A stretch of 64,000 bases of DNA from an uncultured Verrucomicrobiae bacterium. GTDB lineage: Bacteria; Verrucomicrobiota; Verrucomicrobiia; Chthoniobacterales; JAFAMB01. The first letter of the stretch is position 1. The number at the start of each line of letters is the position of its first letter. The notes under the pieces are model-generated. The model had not been told where the DNA came from and ran no database searches. It was given only the letters and a program-made list of their open reading frames with translations. Shown piece after piece: positions 19,192-29,300 of the stretch. The stretch is taken from positions 1,440,001 to 1,504,000 of the forward strand of contig CAWIPH010000002.1 of NCBI GenBank assembly GCA_963837955.1, read 5' to 3'. The position numbers and the translations under genes are program-made.

Positions 19192-19467
19192 ATAGTTCCC
19201 CTCAACCTGGCCACCCGCGAGATTTGGGCTGGAATGGCCATCGCGGTCTGAGCGTACGCGATGATTAGCCTCCGTTCGGAATCTTCCCGGCGATCTCTGC
19301 TGCTTAGAGGCCAGGTCTAGTTCATCGGTCCACGGGTAAACCTGAGCTAGATTTCCGCGAACACCCAGACCATGCATCCTTAGAAATTGGCAACATTTTC
19401 GACCGCGCGTTTCGGCAATAGCATCCTGCTCTCTCACCGAGCAACGCATCGACGCTCTCCCCTTTTT

Positions 19468-19623
19468 CTACTGCTTCAGTTCATCACCTTCAGTCTTGTC
19501 GGAATCGAGGTCCTCAGTGTCAATGTCCTTGCTGCCGTCCTCATCCTCCTCGTCGGGCTTGATACTTTCGCCTTCTGGGTTCATGACCTGTAGTTCGGTC
19601 CCGCCGAACAAAAGTTCAATCAT
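19468..19623 (-). CDS. Putative very acidic micro-protein (alternative start 19584)
   Basis: 17 of the last 38 residues are D/E; same strand as the upstream genes. Confidence 0.35.
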   Translation of the reverse strand: MIELLFGGTELQVMNPEGESIKPDEEDEDGSKDIDTEDLDSDKTEGDELKQ

Positions 19624-19714
19624 GATCCTTCCGAGGATAATCCCTCTACAGGGAGCGACTGAGGGGGTAGAGCCAACCGGGAGCCCCGTTAACGAATATC
19701 CTATTCCTTGAGCG

Positions 19715-20104
19715 CTACAGCCGACTTCCTTTCCCGTTGCCTGTCGCAGAGGCAACGAGTCTTCCGCGCACATTGCGATGGCCGAGAAAATAGACCCAAG
19801 CAACCAATGAAGGTCGTAACAGCCTTACTTTCTTTCGATAGAAGAGGGAACTTGGTTCATGGGTGAAGTTGCATCCCTCATATTTATCGAGATCGCTCCA
19901 GACCGCCGCATCAAAGATATGAAAGATTTCTACGGGGATTACGCCGCATCCTTCCACCGCGGCGGGGTAGCCATGCTGAAAGAATAGTTTGCCCCGAAGC
20001 TGACCGGAACAGTGGAAACGAAGTTTGGAAGATATAAACGACCCTCGTCGAAAGAGCGATCGCCTTTTCAAAGTGCCGTACACGGCAAGGAATTCCTGAT
20101 TCAC
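19715..20104 (-). CDS. Gamma-glutamylcyclotransferase (GGCT/AIG2-like, YtfP family)
   Basis: AVYGTLKR, GYPA, LDKYEG, AWVYF. Confidence 0.88.
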   Translation of the reverse strand: MNQEFLAVYGTLKRRSLFRRGSFISSKLRFHCSGQLRGKLFFQHGYPAAVEGCGVIPVEIFHIFDAAVWSDLDKYEGCNFTHEPSSLFYRKKVRLLRPSLVAWVYFLGHRNVRGRLVASATGNGKGSRL

Positions 20105-20186
20105 CGTTCTGTTTTCGGCGAGAGCCAGAAACCAGCCTCTCGGGTTTGAGTTCGGAACTTCTGCATTTTAGCTGATTCATTGTCAG

Positions 20187-20822
20187 TCAATTCAAAGAGA
20201 AATCGGTACCCGGTAGTTTGGGGGCGTCTGGCAGGAGGCTGGATCCGCTTACCTGTTCGGACGGCTCGTCGGAATGGCCAAGAGCCTGGGCGAGCATATC
20301 GTTCACTAGAGCTTCTATTCCGGAAAACCGGTGAACAGGGAAGATCGAGGAACGGGATAGCGCCACATAGGTCGAGGTGAGGAATTCATAAGCAAAAAAC
20401 CAGAGTTCTGAGTCGCCCAAAAAGAGATATTTTTGGGCGGACTCCGGAAAGGCGGACCAGAGAGCTAGATTCTGAGCGATTAACCCGGGCACTGTTTCCT
20501 CTTCCGCTGAGTCCTTGTCGACCCCGAACAAGCTCACGCCATTCTCCACGAAGCCGTCAACGACGGCCAGCACCCCAAGGAGAGAAGAGGGGAGATTAAC
20601 GCCTAATTCGGCTTGGGCTCGAGCGGAGATTTTGGTAACTTCTTCGGGCGATGCTCCGGGAATTAACGGACGTACCCCGTCGGCGGCGTCTTGAGTGAGT
20701 CGGTTCTCGAGATTCGCTCGATCATCGGGCTGCAATTCTCGGTAATATTGGGACGACCGTAGATCGCTGAGGAACAGGTCGCTTAGTTCCTGGAGGAGCT
20801 GTTCGTTTAGATTCATAATCAC
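20187..20822 (-). CDS. SMI1/KNR4 (SUKH) immunity protein, YrhA-like
   Basis: PGASPEE...LGVNLP...DGFVENGVSLFG...YLFLGDSE...YEF...F..IEALV; start overlaps the stop of the upstream nuclease gene. Confidence 0.8.
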   Translation of the reverse strand: MIMNLNEQLLQELSDLFLSDLRSSQYYRELQPDDRANLENRLTQDAADGVRPLIPGASPEEVTKISARAQAELGVNLPSSLLGVLAVVDGFVENGVSLFGVDKDSAEEETVPGLIAQNLALWSAFPESAQKYLFLGDSELWFFAYEFLTSTYVALSRSSIFPVHRFSGIEALVNDMLAQALGHSDEPSEQVSGSSLLPDAPKLPGTDFSLN

Positions 20823-21892
20823 ACTTTGATGCTTTGGCTGGCGGGTATTGTTTTGGCCGGCGATGCCCTGCCTTTTCGTTTCTGCTTTCCTTTCTCGGGA
20901 ATCTTGGTGGCCGGCTTCGCGCTGAGGCCAGATTCGATCACCGGCAGCTTATGTCTCGGTTGGTGGGTTGATCCTAATATCTGACCGTTGACGCAAGCGT
21001 CTCCCGGTAACCATTCGGCTGCAAATTTTTCCGCCTTGGCCGCGAGCTTATCACGTACCGCTTGGTTGGCTGCCGGGTCCCGATTTTCTTTATTGAATAA
21101 CTCACCAAAACCTTGAGTAATTTCCTGGAACTCTTTCGGAACGGAATACGGTTTGTGACCGGTGGCCTTCGAGAACTCCAGGATACGGCGCTCCCAAATT
21201 TCCGGTAAAGGAGCCGCGCCCAGCGTGGTCAAGTGTTGGCGGAGGCTCTCAGTACTACTGAATCCACGCGTGACGGGTGGATAGAGTGGAAAGACCGGGC
21301 GGGGTACATAAATTGGGTTTGATTGATCGACCGCGCGATGAGTCTGCGGATGAAGAAAAAGAGCGTGCCAGAAGTGATGCGGGTTTTGCGATTGGTCGCG
21401 GCCGCGGCGAGTTGTGTTAACGATGGCAAAGTTTCTTGGATGATTGATAGCTGGGCGGCCTCCCGCAACCGCGACGCTCTTCGGGATAATATGATGGCAG
21501 TTATAATATTGTTTCTTGAAGCGCACTGGCTGGTTGGCCTGTTGGGTCACATTGATCGCGGAGGATGGGCTGCGACCCGACTCCATGAGTTGTACTCCGT
21601 CCGGGCCGACTGCCAGAAGCGATAAGGATCTGCCGACCGGGTGCATCGCCAAAGCTTTTAGATATTCTCCGCGCATCCGTCCGTATGCTCTGGTCGTCTG
21701 TTCGTACTCTTCGGAAGCGCGATCCAAAGTACGGCCAACGATCCGGTCCAGCACGATTCCAGGTAATTCGGGACATGTGCCGATCGAGGAGGGATCAGAA
21801 ATCAACTTTTCGAACTCCTTGATAGCCTCGTCGACCGCGGCGCACATCTGCTCGCGGGGCGGCTTTGCTGATCGGTCACTCATGGGAGCCAT
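20819..21892 (-). CDS. HNH endonuclease toxin (YhhZ C-terminal-like domain) with C-terminal extension
   Basis: YNCHHIIP...GG...NHPRNF...PHH..H..Q...YPP, preceded by MRGEYLK and QLMESGRSP; paired with the SUKH gene. Confidence 0.72.
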   Translation of the reverse strand: MAPMSDRSAKPPREQMCAAVDEAIKEFEKLISDPSSIGTCPELPGIVLDRIVGRTLDRASEEYEQTTRAYGRMRGEYLKALAMHPVGRSLSLLAVGPDGVQLMESGRSPSSAINVTQQANQPVRFKKQYYNCHHIIPKSVAVAGGRPAINHPRNFAIVNTTRRGRDQSQNPHHFWHALFLHPQTHRAVDQSNPIYVPRPVFPLYPPVTRGFSSTESLRQHLTTLGAAPLPEIWERRILEFSKATGHKPYSVPKEFQEITQGFGELFNKENRDPAANQAVRDKLAAKAEKFAAEWLPGDACVNGQILGSTHQPRHKLPVIESGLSAKPATKIPEKGKQKRKGRASPAKTIPASQSIKV

Positions 21893-22030
21893 CCGGGAGA
21901 TCTAGCCGAATCGACGAGATATTAAAACATACGAAATACATGTTGTTATTAGTACTGATTTGCTCGATTAGTCAATACATAAGTAAAGAATGTTATTAGA
22001 GCACAAAGATTGAACGATCAGCGAAGATCT

Positions 22031-22111
22031 AATCCAGGACTCTTAGAGGCAGTCTATGAGGTCATTCTGGCGAATGAGTTGCGGAACACCGGATTGACAG
22101 CTGCTAGCTAA
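22031..22111 (+). pseudogene. Remnant of a GxxExxY (PD-(D/E)XK-like) protein
   Basis: Manual translation NPGLLEAVYEVILANELRNTGL matches the GxxExxY signature, then stops at TAA 22109-22111. Confidence 0.7.
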
Positions 22112-22203
22112 CCGACTCGCCGAGTAGAGCTCTCTGCTGTGTCCGCCGCGCGAGGACTCGCTTCGGCCTTGCTAATTTGAAATCGAGCCTGGCCGAGGCG
22201 GGT

Positions 22204-23049
22204 TCAGCTTGGATGTTGTTCGATTTGGTCGACCAAATCGTGAGCGGTTTCGTAGATCTTCGCAATCTGGGATGGAGTGGAACTGTCCGTTTCATTCCAT
22301 GACTGCTGCACGCTTTCCAATCCGGCGGTTATTTTCTGGATCAACGCATTCTTTTTGAAGCGGGGAGCGAGCGAGTCCAATCGGTCCAGATAATAGGTAA
22401 GCAAAGCGCGATTGCGCAATCGTTCGGCTCGTTCCGGGCTGAAACTCTTGACCACACACTCAGCGCCGATCTCGAGGCCGCGGAGCCAGCCGCCCAAGCT
22501 AAGTAATTGAGCTAATGGTTCATCATGCAGCGCAAGCATCGCGTTCTCGACGTCGGCCTGGGTGACGCTCAATTCTTTGCGCAGCTTATCCCAGGCTCCA
22601 GACTGCGCTAAATCGAGAAGGCGTTTGCTGTGCCGCGATACGCGCTCTCCCACACCCAATCCTTTGGCTCGGCGAATCATTTCTCGGCCCAGCGCCGGCA
22701 AATCTTGATCTCTTTCGGCAGCGACGTCCAGGAATCCGTCTCCGATCAGGACGCCAAAGGCGAGTGCGTATTTCGAGCGATCGTTCGTGTCCAGCTCGCT
22801 GACAGGTCGGGCTACTGCATCAAACGGAATCGGTTTGAGGGCATCCAGAGTCTCGAAAACCTTCTCGATCGATGGTGCGGTAAATTCGTTGATGCCAAGT
22901 TCTTCTCGATAATCTGGATCTTTCGACAGATCTTCCTTTGCCGTAGACGCGAAACCGAAGGTGCCAGCAAAGACAGCCGCTCCGATGAGATTCCCGACGA
23001 ACGGTAGACACCACTGGCAACGCATGCTCGCTTCCTTGGACAACACCAT
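22204..23049 (-). CDS. Conserved exported hypothetical protein
   Basis: Long ORF, N-terminal hydrophobic signal, helical composition; start may be 23025. Confidence 0.7.
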   Translation of the reverse strand: MVLSKEASMRCQWCLPFVGNLIGAAVFAGTFGFASTAKEDLSKDPDYREELGINEFTAPSIEKVFETLDALKPIPFDAVARPVSELDTNDRSKYALAFGVLIGDGFLDVAAERDQDLPALGREMIRRAKGLGVGERVSRHSKRLLDLAQSGAWDKLRKELSVTQADVENAMLALHDEPLAQLLSLGGWLRGLEIGAECVVKSFSPERAERLRNRALLTYYLDRLDSLAPRFKKNALIQKITAGLESVQQSWNETDSSTPSQIAKIYETAHDLVDQIEQHPS

Positions 23050-23168
23050 TCCTACGCAGCTTCTTTAGCGGCTTCCTGTCAAGGTTTTCCGCTTGACGGT
23101 CTAATCCAATCAAGCATCATGTCGCGCGTATCTTCTGTGCCTTAGGCTTCAGATGTACGCACTCTGAC

Positions 23169-24671
23169 ATGCACGGAAACGCCGGAACTTTGGTTTGGAC
23201 GATTTGCTACTCTAGCGTGCTGCTCGGGATGTCGGTGTATGGCGTCCATCGATATTTCATAATTTTTCTTTATTTTCGCAATCGTCATCTGGCGCCGGCT
23301 CCGCCGCGAAAGTTTCCGGATCTGCCGATGGTCACCGTCCAGTTGCCGATCTACAATGAAATTTATGTGGTCGCCCGGTTGCTGCGGGCCGTCAGCGAGA
23401 TTGATTATCCGCGCGAGAAGTTGGAAATCCAAATTCTTGATGATTCTAGCGATGAAACAAAGGAAGTAGCCGACCGGGAAGCGATGCGGCTCCGTTCCTT
23501 CGGTTTTCAGGTCGAAGTCTTGCGTCGGCCGAATCGACTCGGCTTCAAAGCGGGCGCGCTCAACCACGGGCTGAGAGAAGCCAAAGGCGAATTTTTCTTA
23601 ATTCTCGATGCTGACTTCATACCTCCACCGCAGATTCTGCGAGAGACTGTTCATTATTTCAGTGATCCGGCAGTCGGGATGATTCAGACCCGTTGGGGCC
23701 ACATTAACCGTTCCTTTTCTTTGCTGACCCGGGCCCAAGCGATCCTTCTCGACGGGCATCTGGTTCTTGAGCAGACGGCTCGTAGCCGAACTGGACGTTT
23801 CTTCAATTTTAACGGCACGGCGGGCCTTTGGCGACGAAGCTGCATTGAGCAAGCTGGCGGCTGGCAGCATGACACGCTGACGGAGGATTTGGACCTGAGC
23901 TATCGAGCGCAGCTGAACGGGGCAAAGTTCCTTTTTCTCTCGCACATCGTTACCCCGGCGGAACTACCCGTGGATATGAACGGTTTTAAGTCCCAGCAGC
24001 ATCGATGGACAAAGGGGTCAATTCAAACATGCAAGAAGATGTTACCCCGAATTTGGAGGAGCCGGTTGCCTTGGTGGATTAAGGTCGAGGCCACCGCACA
24101 TCTGACATCAAACTTCGCCTATCTGCTGCTGGCTTTTCTGTGCATTTTCTTGCACCCATTCCCCGGCGTTGTCTCTCCCCCGACTGATTGGCAGCGGATG
24201 GCGCTCATCGAACTGCCGGTTTTTGCGGTCACTACTCTTGCGGTCGCCGTTTTTTATTTGTGCGCGCAACGGGAACTTTATCCAAGAGATTGGAAACGAG
24301 AAATTTTGTTCTTTCCTTTTGTTCTCGCACTAGGTATTGGGCTTTCGATAAGCAATGCTCGCGCGGTGCTGGAGGCGCTTTTCAATCACAAATCGGCTTT
24401 CGCTCGAACTCCGAAATACGGTTTTGCCTTAGTCGGCAGACCGCGTAAGGAGAACCGCTACGCCCGTTTTCGAGATGTGCTTCCGATCGTCGAATTATTT
24501 TTTGCGATTTACTTTACCTACTTTGTGGTTACTGCTTTGGGAAATCGTGAGTTTCTAACCCTTCCTTTTCTGATGCTATTTCAGATAGGATTTGCGTATG
24601 TAGCCTTAACCTCACTGTGGGAACGGGCTTCGCGTGGGCTTTGGAGCATTCGCGAAGCTTCGGTTTTGTAG
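23169..24671 (+). CDS. Family 2 processive glycosyltransferase (cellulose synthase-like)
   Basis: VQLPIYNE, GFKAGAL, DADF, TEDLDL, QQHRW, flanking TM helices. Confidence 0.92.
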   Translation: MHGNAGTLVWTICYSSVLLGMSVYGVHRYFIIFLYFRNRHLAPAPPRKFPDLPMVTVQLPIYNEIYVVARLLRAVSEIDYPREKLEIQILDDSSDETKEVADREAMRLRSFGFQVEVLRRPNRLGFKAGALNHGLREAKGEFFLILDADFIPPPQILRETVHYFSDPAVGMIQTRWGHINRSFSLLTRAQAILLDGHLVLEQTARSRTGRFFNFNGTAGLWRRSCIEQAGGWQHDTLTEDLDLSYRAQLNGAKFLFLSHIVTPAELPVDMNGFKSQQHRWTKGSIQTCKKMLPRIWRSRLPWWIKVEATAHLTSNFAYLLLAFLCIFLHPFPGVVSPPTDWQRMALIELPVFAVTTLAVAVFYLCAQRELYPRDWKREILFFPFVLALGIGLSISNARAVLEALFNHKSAFARTPKYGFALVGRPRKENRYARFRDVLPIVELFFAIYFTYFVVTALGNREFLTLPFLMLFQIGFAYVALTSLWERASRGLWSIREASVL

Positions 24672-24683
24672 CCGAGAAGTGGC

Positions 24684-26009
24684 ATGACTAAGAGAAGGTT
24701 GTCAGGTTTGATTTTGTGTGCGGCTTTTGTCGCCCCCGGGTACGGGCGCGATCCCGGTGCATCGCCCACGCCCTCTCCGGCGGTCTACGACAACCCGATA
24801 GCCAACACATACTCCGGTTCCGGGGCAATTAACTCGCTGAAGCCGCCGGTTGGAAATTCCAGCCCGACAAAAAGTATTTTACCGAAGGCCTTGTCGAGTA
24901 CGAGACCGCCGTCATCGTCAACTGCGTTTGTGAAACCGCTGCCTTCGCCCTCGCCAAAACTAGTGAAGGCTATTGCTGCGCCTTCGCCGAACCTGCCAGA
25001 GACGGTCGGCCAACCTCCAGCGAAGCCCACGAAAGCCGTCGCTTTACCTACGCCGAAACTTGTAAAGGTTGTTGCTTCATCTTTACCCACGGTGCCAGAG
25101 ACGGTCAGCCCGCCGCCAGCGAAGCTCACCAAAGCCGTCGCTTCACCTACGCCGAAACTTCTAAAGGCTGTTGCTTCATCTTTACCCAGCTCGATGGAGA
25201 CAGTCGGCCCACCTGCACCGAGGCTAACGAAAACCGTCACCACGCCTTCTCCCAGTCTTGTTAAGGCGGTGGCCTCTCCTCCGCCGAAGCTTCTGAGGGC
25301 CGTTGCCTCCCCTTCGCCCGAACTGGTAAAGGCCATTAATTCGCCTGCCGCGGTCAAGCCGCTGCCGAATGCCCCTTTGGTAAAATCGTCGCCTGTCGCG
25401 GCCCCGTCACCTTTGCCGATACTGGCGCCGACGCCGCCCCCTGCGCCCGAGGTCAGGTTGGTGGTTAGCGTGCGCGACCAAAAACTGGCTGTCTTGGTAA
25501 ACGGGAAGATTTATCGAACCTATAAGATATCGACCTCGCGCTACGGCGAAGGGGATAATTTCGGAAGCTGGCGGACTCCGCTTGGCCATATGCAGGTTGC
25601 AACCAAAATCGGAGCGGCCGCGCCACCGGGGGCGGTCTTCCACCGGCGCCAACCAACCGGCGAGATTTTGGCTGCAAATGCGCCTGGACGCGACCCAATT
25701 ATAAGCAGGATCATTTGGCTACGCGGAACCGAAGAAGAGAACAAGCGAGCGTTTCAACGCTGCATTTATATTCATGGCACTCCCCAGGAGGAATTTCTGG
25801 GTCGAAAAGCGAGTTACGGGTGTATTCGGATGCGTTCGTCCGACGTAATCGAAGTCTTTAATTGGATCGGCGTCGGCACCGACGTGGCAGTTGTCGATCA
25901 GCCGATCCGTCGAGCGATCAAGGACCTTGAAGCAGAGGCGATGGTCGCTCGAAACGAGCAAAGACGGGTTGCAGAGCCCTTGGGTAGCCCGTCCGAAGCG
26001 AATCGATAG
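24684..26009 (+). CDS. L,D-transpeptidase (YkuD) with a Pro/Ala/Ser/Lys repeat stalk
   Basis: TPLG, IYIHGT, ASYGCIRM; signal peptide; repeats at about 24950-25350. Confidence 0.9.
   Translation: MTKRRLSGLILCAAFVAPGYGRDPGASPTPSPAVYDNPIANTYSGSGAINSLKPPVGNSSPTKSILPKALSSTRPPSSSTAFVKPLPSPSPKLVKAIAAPSPNLPETVGQPPAKPTKAVALPTPKLVKVVASSLPTVPETVSPPPAKLTKAVASPTPKLLKAVASSLPSSMETVGPPAPRLTKTVTTPSPSLVKAVASPPPKLLRAVASPSPELVKAINSPAAVKPLPNAPLVKSSPVAAPSPLPILAPTPPPAPEVRLVVSVRDQKLAVLVNGKIYRTYKISTSRYGEGDNFGSWRTPLGHMQVATKIGAAAPPGAVFHRRQPTGEILAANAPGRDPIISRIIWLRGTEEENKRAFQRCIYIHGTPQEEFLGRKASYGCIRMRSSDVIEVFNWIGVGTDVAVVDQPIRRAIKDLEAEAMVARNEQRRVAEPLGSPSEANR
24954..25349 (+). repeat. Intragenic tandem repeat: 12 x 33 bp with 99-bp higher-order period
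   Basis: Units PKLVKAIAAPS/PNLPETVGQPP/AKPTKAVALPT etc.; GCC(A/G)AAACT recurs at 24953, 25052 and 25151. Confidence 0.85.
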
Positions 26010-26206
26010 GTCCAAATCGCTTCCTGGTAGGGTCCAGCGCGATTTTTCTGTTCAAAGCTCATTCCTACGGGGCAGCCACTAGCTCTACCAGCCTCGAGAG
26101 GAGGACCAACCCGCCTTCGCTGGGGCTATTTTTAGTCAATTTGTCCAGCAGGCGACCGATTTCCTCGTAGGGTGCGAAATCGCATGCATTGTTTTCTGCT
26201 TTTTTC

Positions 26207-26260
26207 TTGATCACACAACATGTAGTGCCTATCGTGTATTCTGTGTCCTATATGATGGGG
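26207..26260 (+). promoter_or_regulatory. nrdJ promoter with tandem NrdR boxes
   Basis: TTGATC-N17-TATCGT; ACACAACATGTAGTGC (26213-26228) fills the spacer and a weaker box GTCCTATATGATGGGG starts 32 bp later. Confidence 0.75.
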
Positions 26261-26374
26261 TTGTTCTCCAACAATCACAACTAGGTCACAGGATATTAGC
26301 CGGAAAAACGAGCGTTATTAACAAGTTATTGGCAGCTCAGCGAACTCTGAGCGGAAAACCCCCTCATAATCAAA

Positions 26375-29300
26375 ATGAAATCAGGCGTACACTCGAGCGA
26401 TTTGAAGGTACGGGGACGCGGGACGCGTCAACCGAGAGAAAAAGGCCTCAAAATTGAGCGCGTTTTTAGCCGAAAAGGCGCCTCGCCATTGGACGAGATC
26501 AATTGGGAACGGCGAACTGCTGAAATCACCGATGACAGTGGAAAGGCGATTTTCCGGCAGGAAGACGTGGAAGTGCCAGAGAATTGGAGCCCTCTGGCCA
26601 CAAAAATAGCTGTTTCAAAGTATTTTTATGGCGACATAGCCAACGGCAACGATCCATACCGAGGGGGACGAGAAAGCTCAGTTCGGCAACTAATACATCG
26701 GGTTACCCGAACGATTACGGATTGGGGTCGTCAGGATGGATACTTTGCCGATGCGAATGCGGCCGAGACTTTTTATGACGAACTGACCTGGCTCTGCGTG
26801 AACCAACACGGCGCATTCAATAGCCCGGTTTGGTTTAACGTCGGTTTGTACCAACAGTATGGGATCGGTAAAGGCTGCGGTCAGGGAAATTTCTTCTTCA
26901 ATCGCCAGAAGCAAGAAGCGGAACGGGCGGCCAGCCAATATGAATACCCACAAGCGTCGGCCTGCTTTATCCAAGCCGTGGACGACACCATGGAAGACAT
27001 CATGCGCCTCGCTACCAGCGAAGCGATGCTGTTCAAATATGGCAGTGGAACGGGAAGCGATCTATCGACGCTGCGTAGTACCAGAGAAAAGCTCAGCGGA
27101 GGAGGTCGTCCGAGCGGACCGCTATCGTTCCTTAAGGTCTACGATCAAGTAGCCAATGTTGTAAAGAGTGGCGGTAAGACGCGGCGGGCGGCCAAGATGA
27201 ATACGTTAAAGGATTGGCATCCGGACATTGAGGAATTCATCGAAGCGAAAACCAAGGAAGAGAAAAAGGCTTGGGCCCTCATCGAGCAGGGGTATGACGG
27301 CAGCTACAACGGGGAGGCGTACGGCTCGATCATGTACCAAAACGAGAATCTCTCCGTGCGGGTGAGCGATGAATTCATGCATGCCGCTATCGAAGAAAAA
27401 GAGTGGTGGACCCACCGTGTGCTTGATGGAAAGCCGTGCGAGAAAAAAGAAGCGCGGTCGATGCTGCGCAAGATCGCTGAAGGTACGCACATTTGTGGTG
27501 ACCCCGGCATGCAGTTTGATAGCACCATTCACCGATGGCATACCTGCAAAGGAACCGCGCGCCAGAATTCGACGAATCCCTGCTCGGAATATCTCTTTCT
27601 CGACAACACGGCTTGCAATCTGGCCTCTCTGAACCTGATGAAGTTTAAGCGGGAGGACGGGAATTTTGACGTTGAGCGGTTCAAAGCGGCCGTGCGCATC
27701 TTTATCACGGCGCAAGAGATCCTGGTCGATAATGCTAGCTACCCGACGAAAGAGATCGCGGAGAATAGTCACATCTTTCGCACTCTCGGCCTCGGATTCG
27801 CCAACCTCGGTGCGTTGGTCATGAGCTACGGCCTTGGCTACGATTCAGATGAGGCTCGCGCTCTGGCCGGTTCCATTACTTCGATCATGACCGGCGAAGC
27901 CTACTCGCACAGTGCCAAGATCGCGCAGGAGCTAACGCCGTTTCCCGGTTATTGGGACGCGCGAGCCTGCGGTATACCGAAACCGATCTCGGCGGATAAT
28001 ACCGAATCGATGCTGGAGGTTATTCGATTGCATCGAGAGGCCTGCGATCGGATCCAGGATTCCGCAGATTTTCACCATCTCAAAGTCGAAGCGGCGCGCT
28101 CCTGGGATCGCGCCTTGAGCTTGGGCCAAAAGCATGGCTTTCGAAACGCTCAAGTCACGGTATTAGCGCCCACTGGTACTATAGGTTTCCTGATGGATTG
28201 CGACACGACCGGTATCGAGCCTGATATCGCTTTGGTGAAATACAAGTTACTAGCGGGGGGCGGGATGCTGAAGATCGTAAACCAGACCGTGAGGCCGGCG
28301 CTGGAAAAGCTGGGGTACACAGCCGAAGCGACAGAGAAGATCCTGCAGCATATCAACGAACATGACACGATCGAGGATGTGCTTGTTCCGGAGACCAACC
28401 GGGTCGTTCCGAGTGGGTTAAAGCCCGAACATCTGCCCGTATTCGATTGTGCGTTCAAACCGTTTAAGGGCAAACGAAGCCTGCATTATCTCGGCCATCT
28501 TCGGATGATGGCGGCGTGCCAGCCGTTCTTAAGTGGCGCGATCTCGAAGACCGTCAATTTACCTACCGACGCTTCGGTCGAAGAGATCATGAACACCTAT
28601 ATCGAGGGCTGGCGTCTGGGATTGAAAGCGATTGCGATCTACCGGGACGGTTCTAAGCGTTCCGCGCCGCTTAACACTAAAAAGACGAAAGATATGGGCG
28701 GCGATGAGCTTGACACGAGTGCGACCGATGAGGCCGGACGACTGAAAGCCCGGATTGCCGAACTCGAGCAAGTAGTTGTGGGGTTGCATCAGCCCTCCCG
28801 CAACCGCATGCCGGATACGCGCGTTTCGCTGACGCATAAGTTTGAGATCGCCGGGCATGAAGGCTACGTCACCGTTGGTCTTTACGAAAATGGCCAGCCG
28901 GGAGAGTTGTTCATTCAGATGGCCAAGGAAGGCAGCACGATCGGAGGCTTGATGGATACCGTCGCGACGCTGACCTCGATTGCGCTGCAGTATGGAGTTC
29001 CGTTAGAAAGTTTGGTGAAAAAGTTTGCCTACCAGCGGTTTGAACCGAGCGGTTTCACCAAAAATCCAGACATCCGAAATGCTACCAGTATTACGGACTA
29101 CGTCTTCCGTTGGCTTGGCTGCCAGTTCATACCCGGGTATAAAGAGGCGACTTCACCGAATCGTTCGCAGCCTGATCTGCCGATGCGGGAGATCTCGGAC
29201 ATTGAGAGGAAGGCGGTGAACCGGCCGGTGGCGGAACTACCCCGCACAGCAGAAAAAGAGATTATCGACGTGATTACTAATCGGTCTAATTCGGAAGGGA

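Noticed and set aside
19099..19641. 13-bp inverted repeat ATTATCCTCGGAA (19099-19111 and 19629-19641) as element termini
   Set aside because: It brackets the tRNA and contains a -10 hexamer; no transposase or target duplication, so coincidence or shared promoter sequence is more likely.
24785..25357. 190-aa minus-strand repetitive ORF
   Set aside because: Antisense shadow of the L,D-transpeptidase repeat region.
26010..26374. Cobalamin riboswitch upstream of nrdJ
   Set aside because: No B12-box or GCCACTG/GGGAAG motifs found; NrdR boxes explain the region.
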